Assembly (NCBI GenBank): GCA_051382335.1
Contig: JBBCAX010000374.1
Location: forward strand, 1-28,560
Length of the DNA stretch: 28,560 nt
Direction: 5' to 3'
DNA from: Deltaproteobacteria bacterium TL4
Lineage (GTDB): Bacteria; SAR324; NAC60-12
Shown here one piece after another: positions 27,976-28,560 of this stretch. Under the pieces are notes generated by a model, which saw only the letters and a program-made list of their open reading frames with translations, did no database searches and was not told where the DNA came from. Position 1 is the stretch's first letter. Every line of letters starts with the position of its first letter. The position numbers and the translations under genes are program-made.

Positions 27976-28380
27976 TCAGATCACATAATTTCCAATTTCT
28001 CTTGCTACGAGATCCCCACAATCCATGCCACTTTGACAGGCGAGTTCTGTTCCTACACCACGAGCATGTCCTCCACCATCACCCGCAATATAAAGCCCTT
28101 TTACAGGGGTATGGTGTCCATGACGATTCACACCAACTTGATAGGGAGTTTGACTGGTTGTGATTGCAGAACCATCACTTTTTCCGATCCAGGCGGCTAT
28201 TTTATCAACAGACCAAGTATCACAAAAAATAATATTGTCCTTGAGACCCGGGATTAGCTGATAAAGCGCATTCATCATACCATTAATCCAAACTGAGGAT
28301 TGGTCCTGAAGTTGAATATCCAAGGTAGGCGCAACAGCGACAGCGGTAATAATTTGACATCCTTTGGGGGCTAAGTCCAA
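27976..28380 (-). pseudogene. C-terminal remnant of a phytoene desaturase-family FAD-dependent oxidoreductase
   Basis: DLAPKG... and TPVKGLYIAGD...GVGTELACQSG are C-terminal motifs of this ~500-aa family. No GxGxxG N-terminus is present, and only ~150 bp separate it from a divergent gene start. Confidence 0.75.
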
Positions 28381-28527
28381 TACCCGTGCATGAAATTAAA
28401 TTCTACCGAAAGATGAGTGGTATGTAAAAATTGAAAAAACAGAAGAATTGGATTGAATATGGCGGTGTTTCTCCCGTAAAGAGTTGTCTTTTTCCACAAA
28501 GATTAACTTAGCAAAAACAGGAGAAAC

Positions 28528-28560
28528 ATGAAGCAGATTCTAGAGGAATTCGGAAAATAT
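28528..28560 (+). CDS. Start of a gene running off the window (MKQILEEFGKY...)
   Basis: AGGAG RBS 4 nt before the ATG. The frame is open to the window end. Confidence 0.55.
   Translation, partial: MKQILEEFGKY

Overview
Bacterial genomic window with four parts. (1) 1-4987 is an accessory-looking segment ending at the 3' end of a tRNA-Arg(UCU). It holds a truncated REP-associated tyrosine transposase (RAYT) with its GTAG-foot REP hairpins, a TlpA-type thioredoxin, a 3-unit ~101-bp tandem array of a second REP family, and a cbiM(N)-Q-O cobalt/nickel ECF operon. (2) An archaeal-type cytidylate kinase and yicC follow, then a chemosensory cluster: CheA, CheW, a membrane MCP with an Aer2-like PAS domain, and a REC-PilZ protein. 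Two of the three CheA Hpt domains, both REC domains and the PilZ motifs appear degenerate. (3) A sucA-sucB-lpdA-crotonase operon lies on the minus strand. (4) Three co-oriented type IV prepilin/GspG-like genes follow, each with a duplicated pseudopilin head. The third is a ~1070-aa Glu5-less pilin whose long Cys-rich tail has a 3-fold repeat, a PAN-like motif and a C2-like motif. A bidirectional terminator and an N-terminally truncated phytoene-desaturase-family remnant close the window. The best candidates for an undescribed system are the double-headed pseudopilin/giant tip-adhesin cassette and the chemosensory locus with no in-locus Asp acceptor. All family calls come from motif recognition by eye, not database searches.
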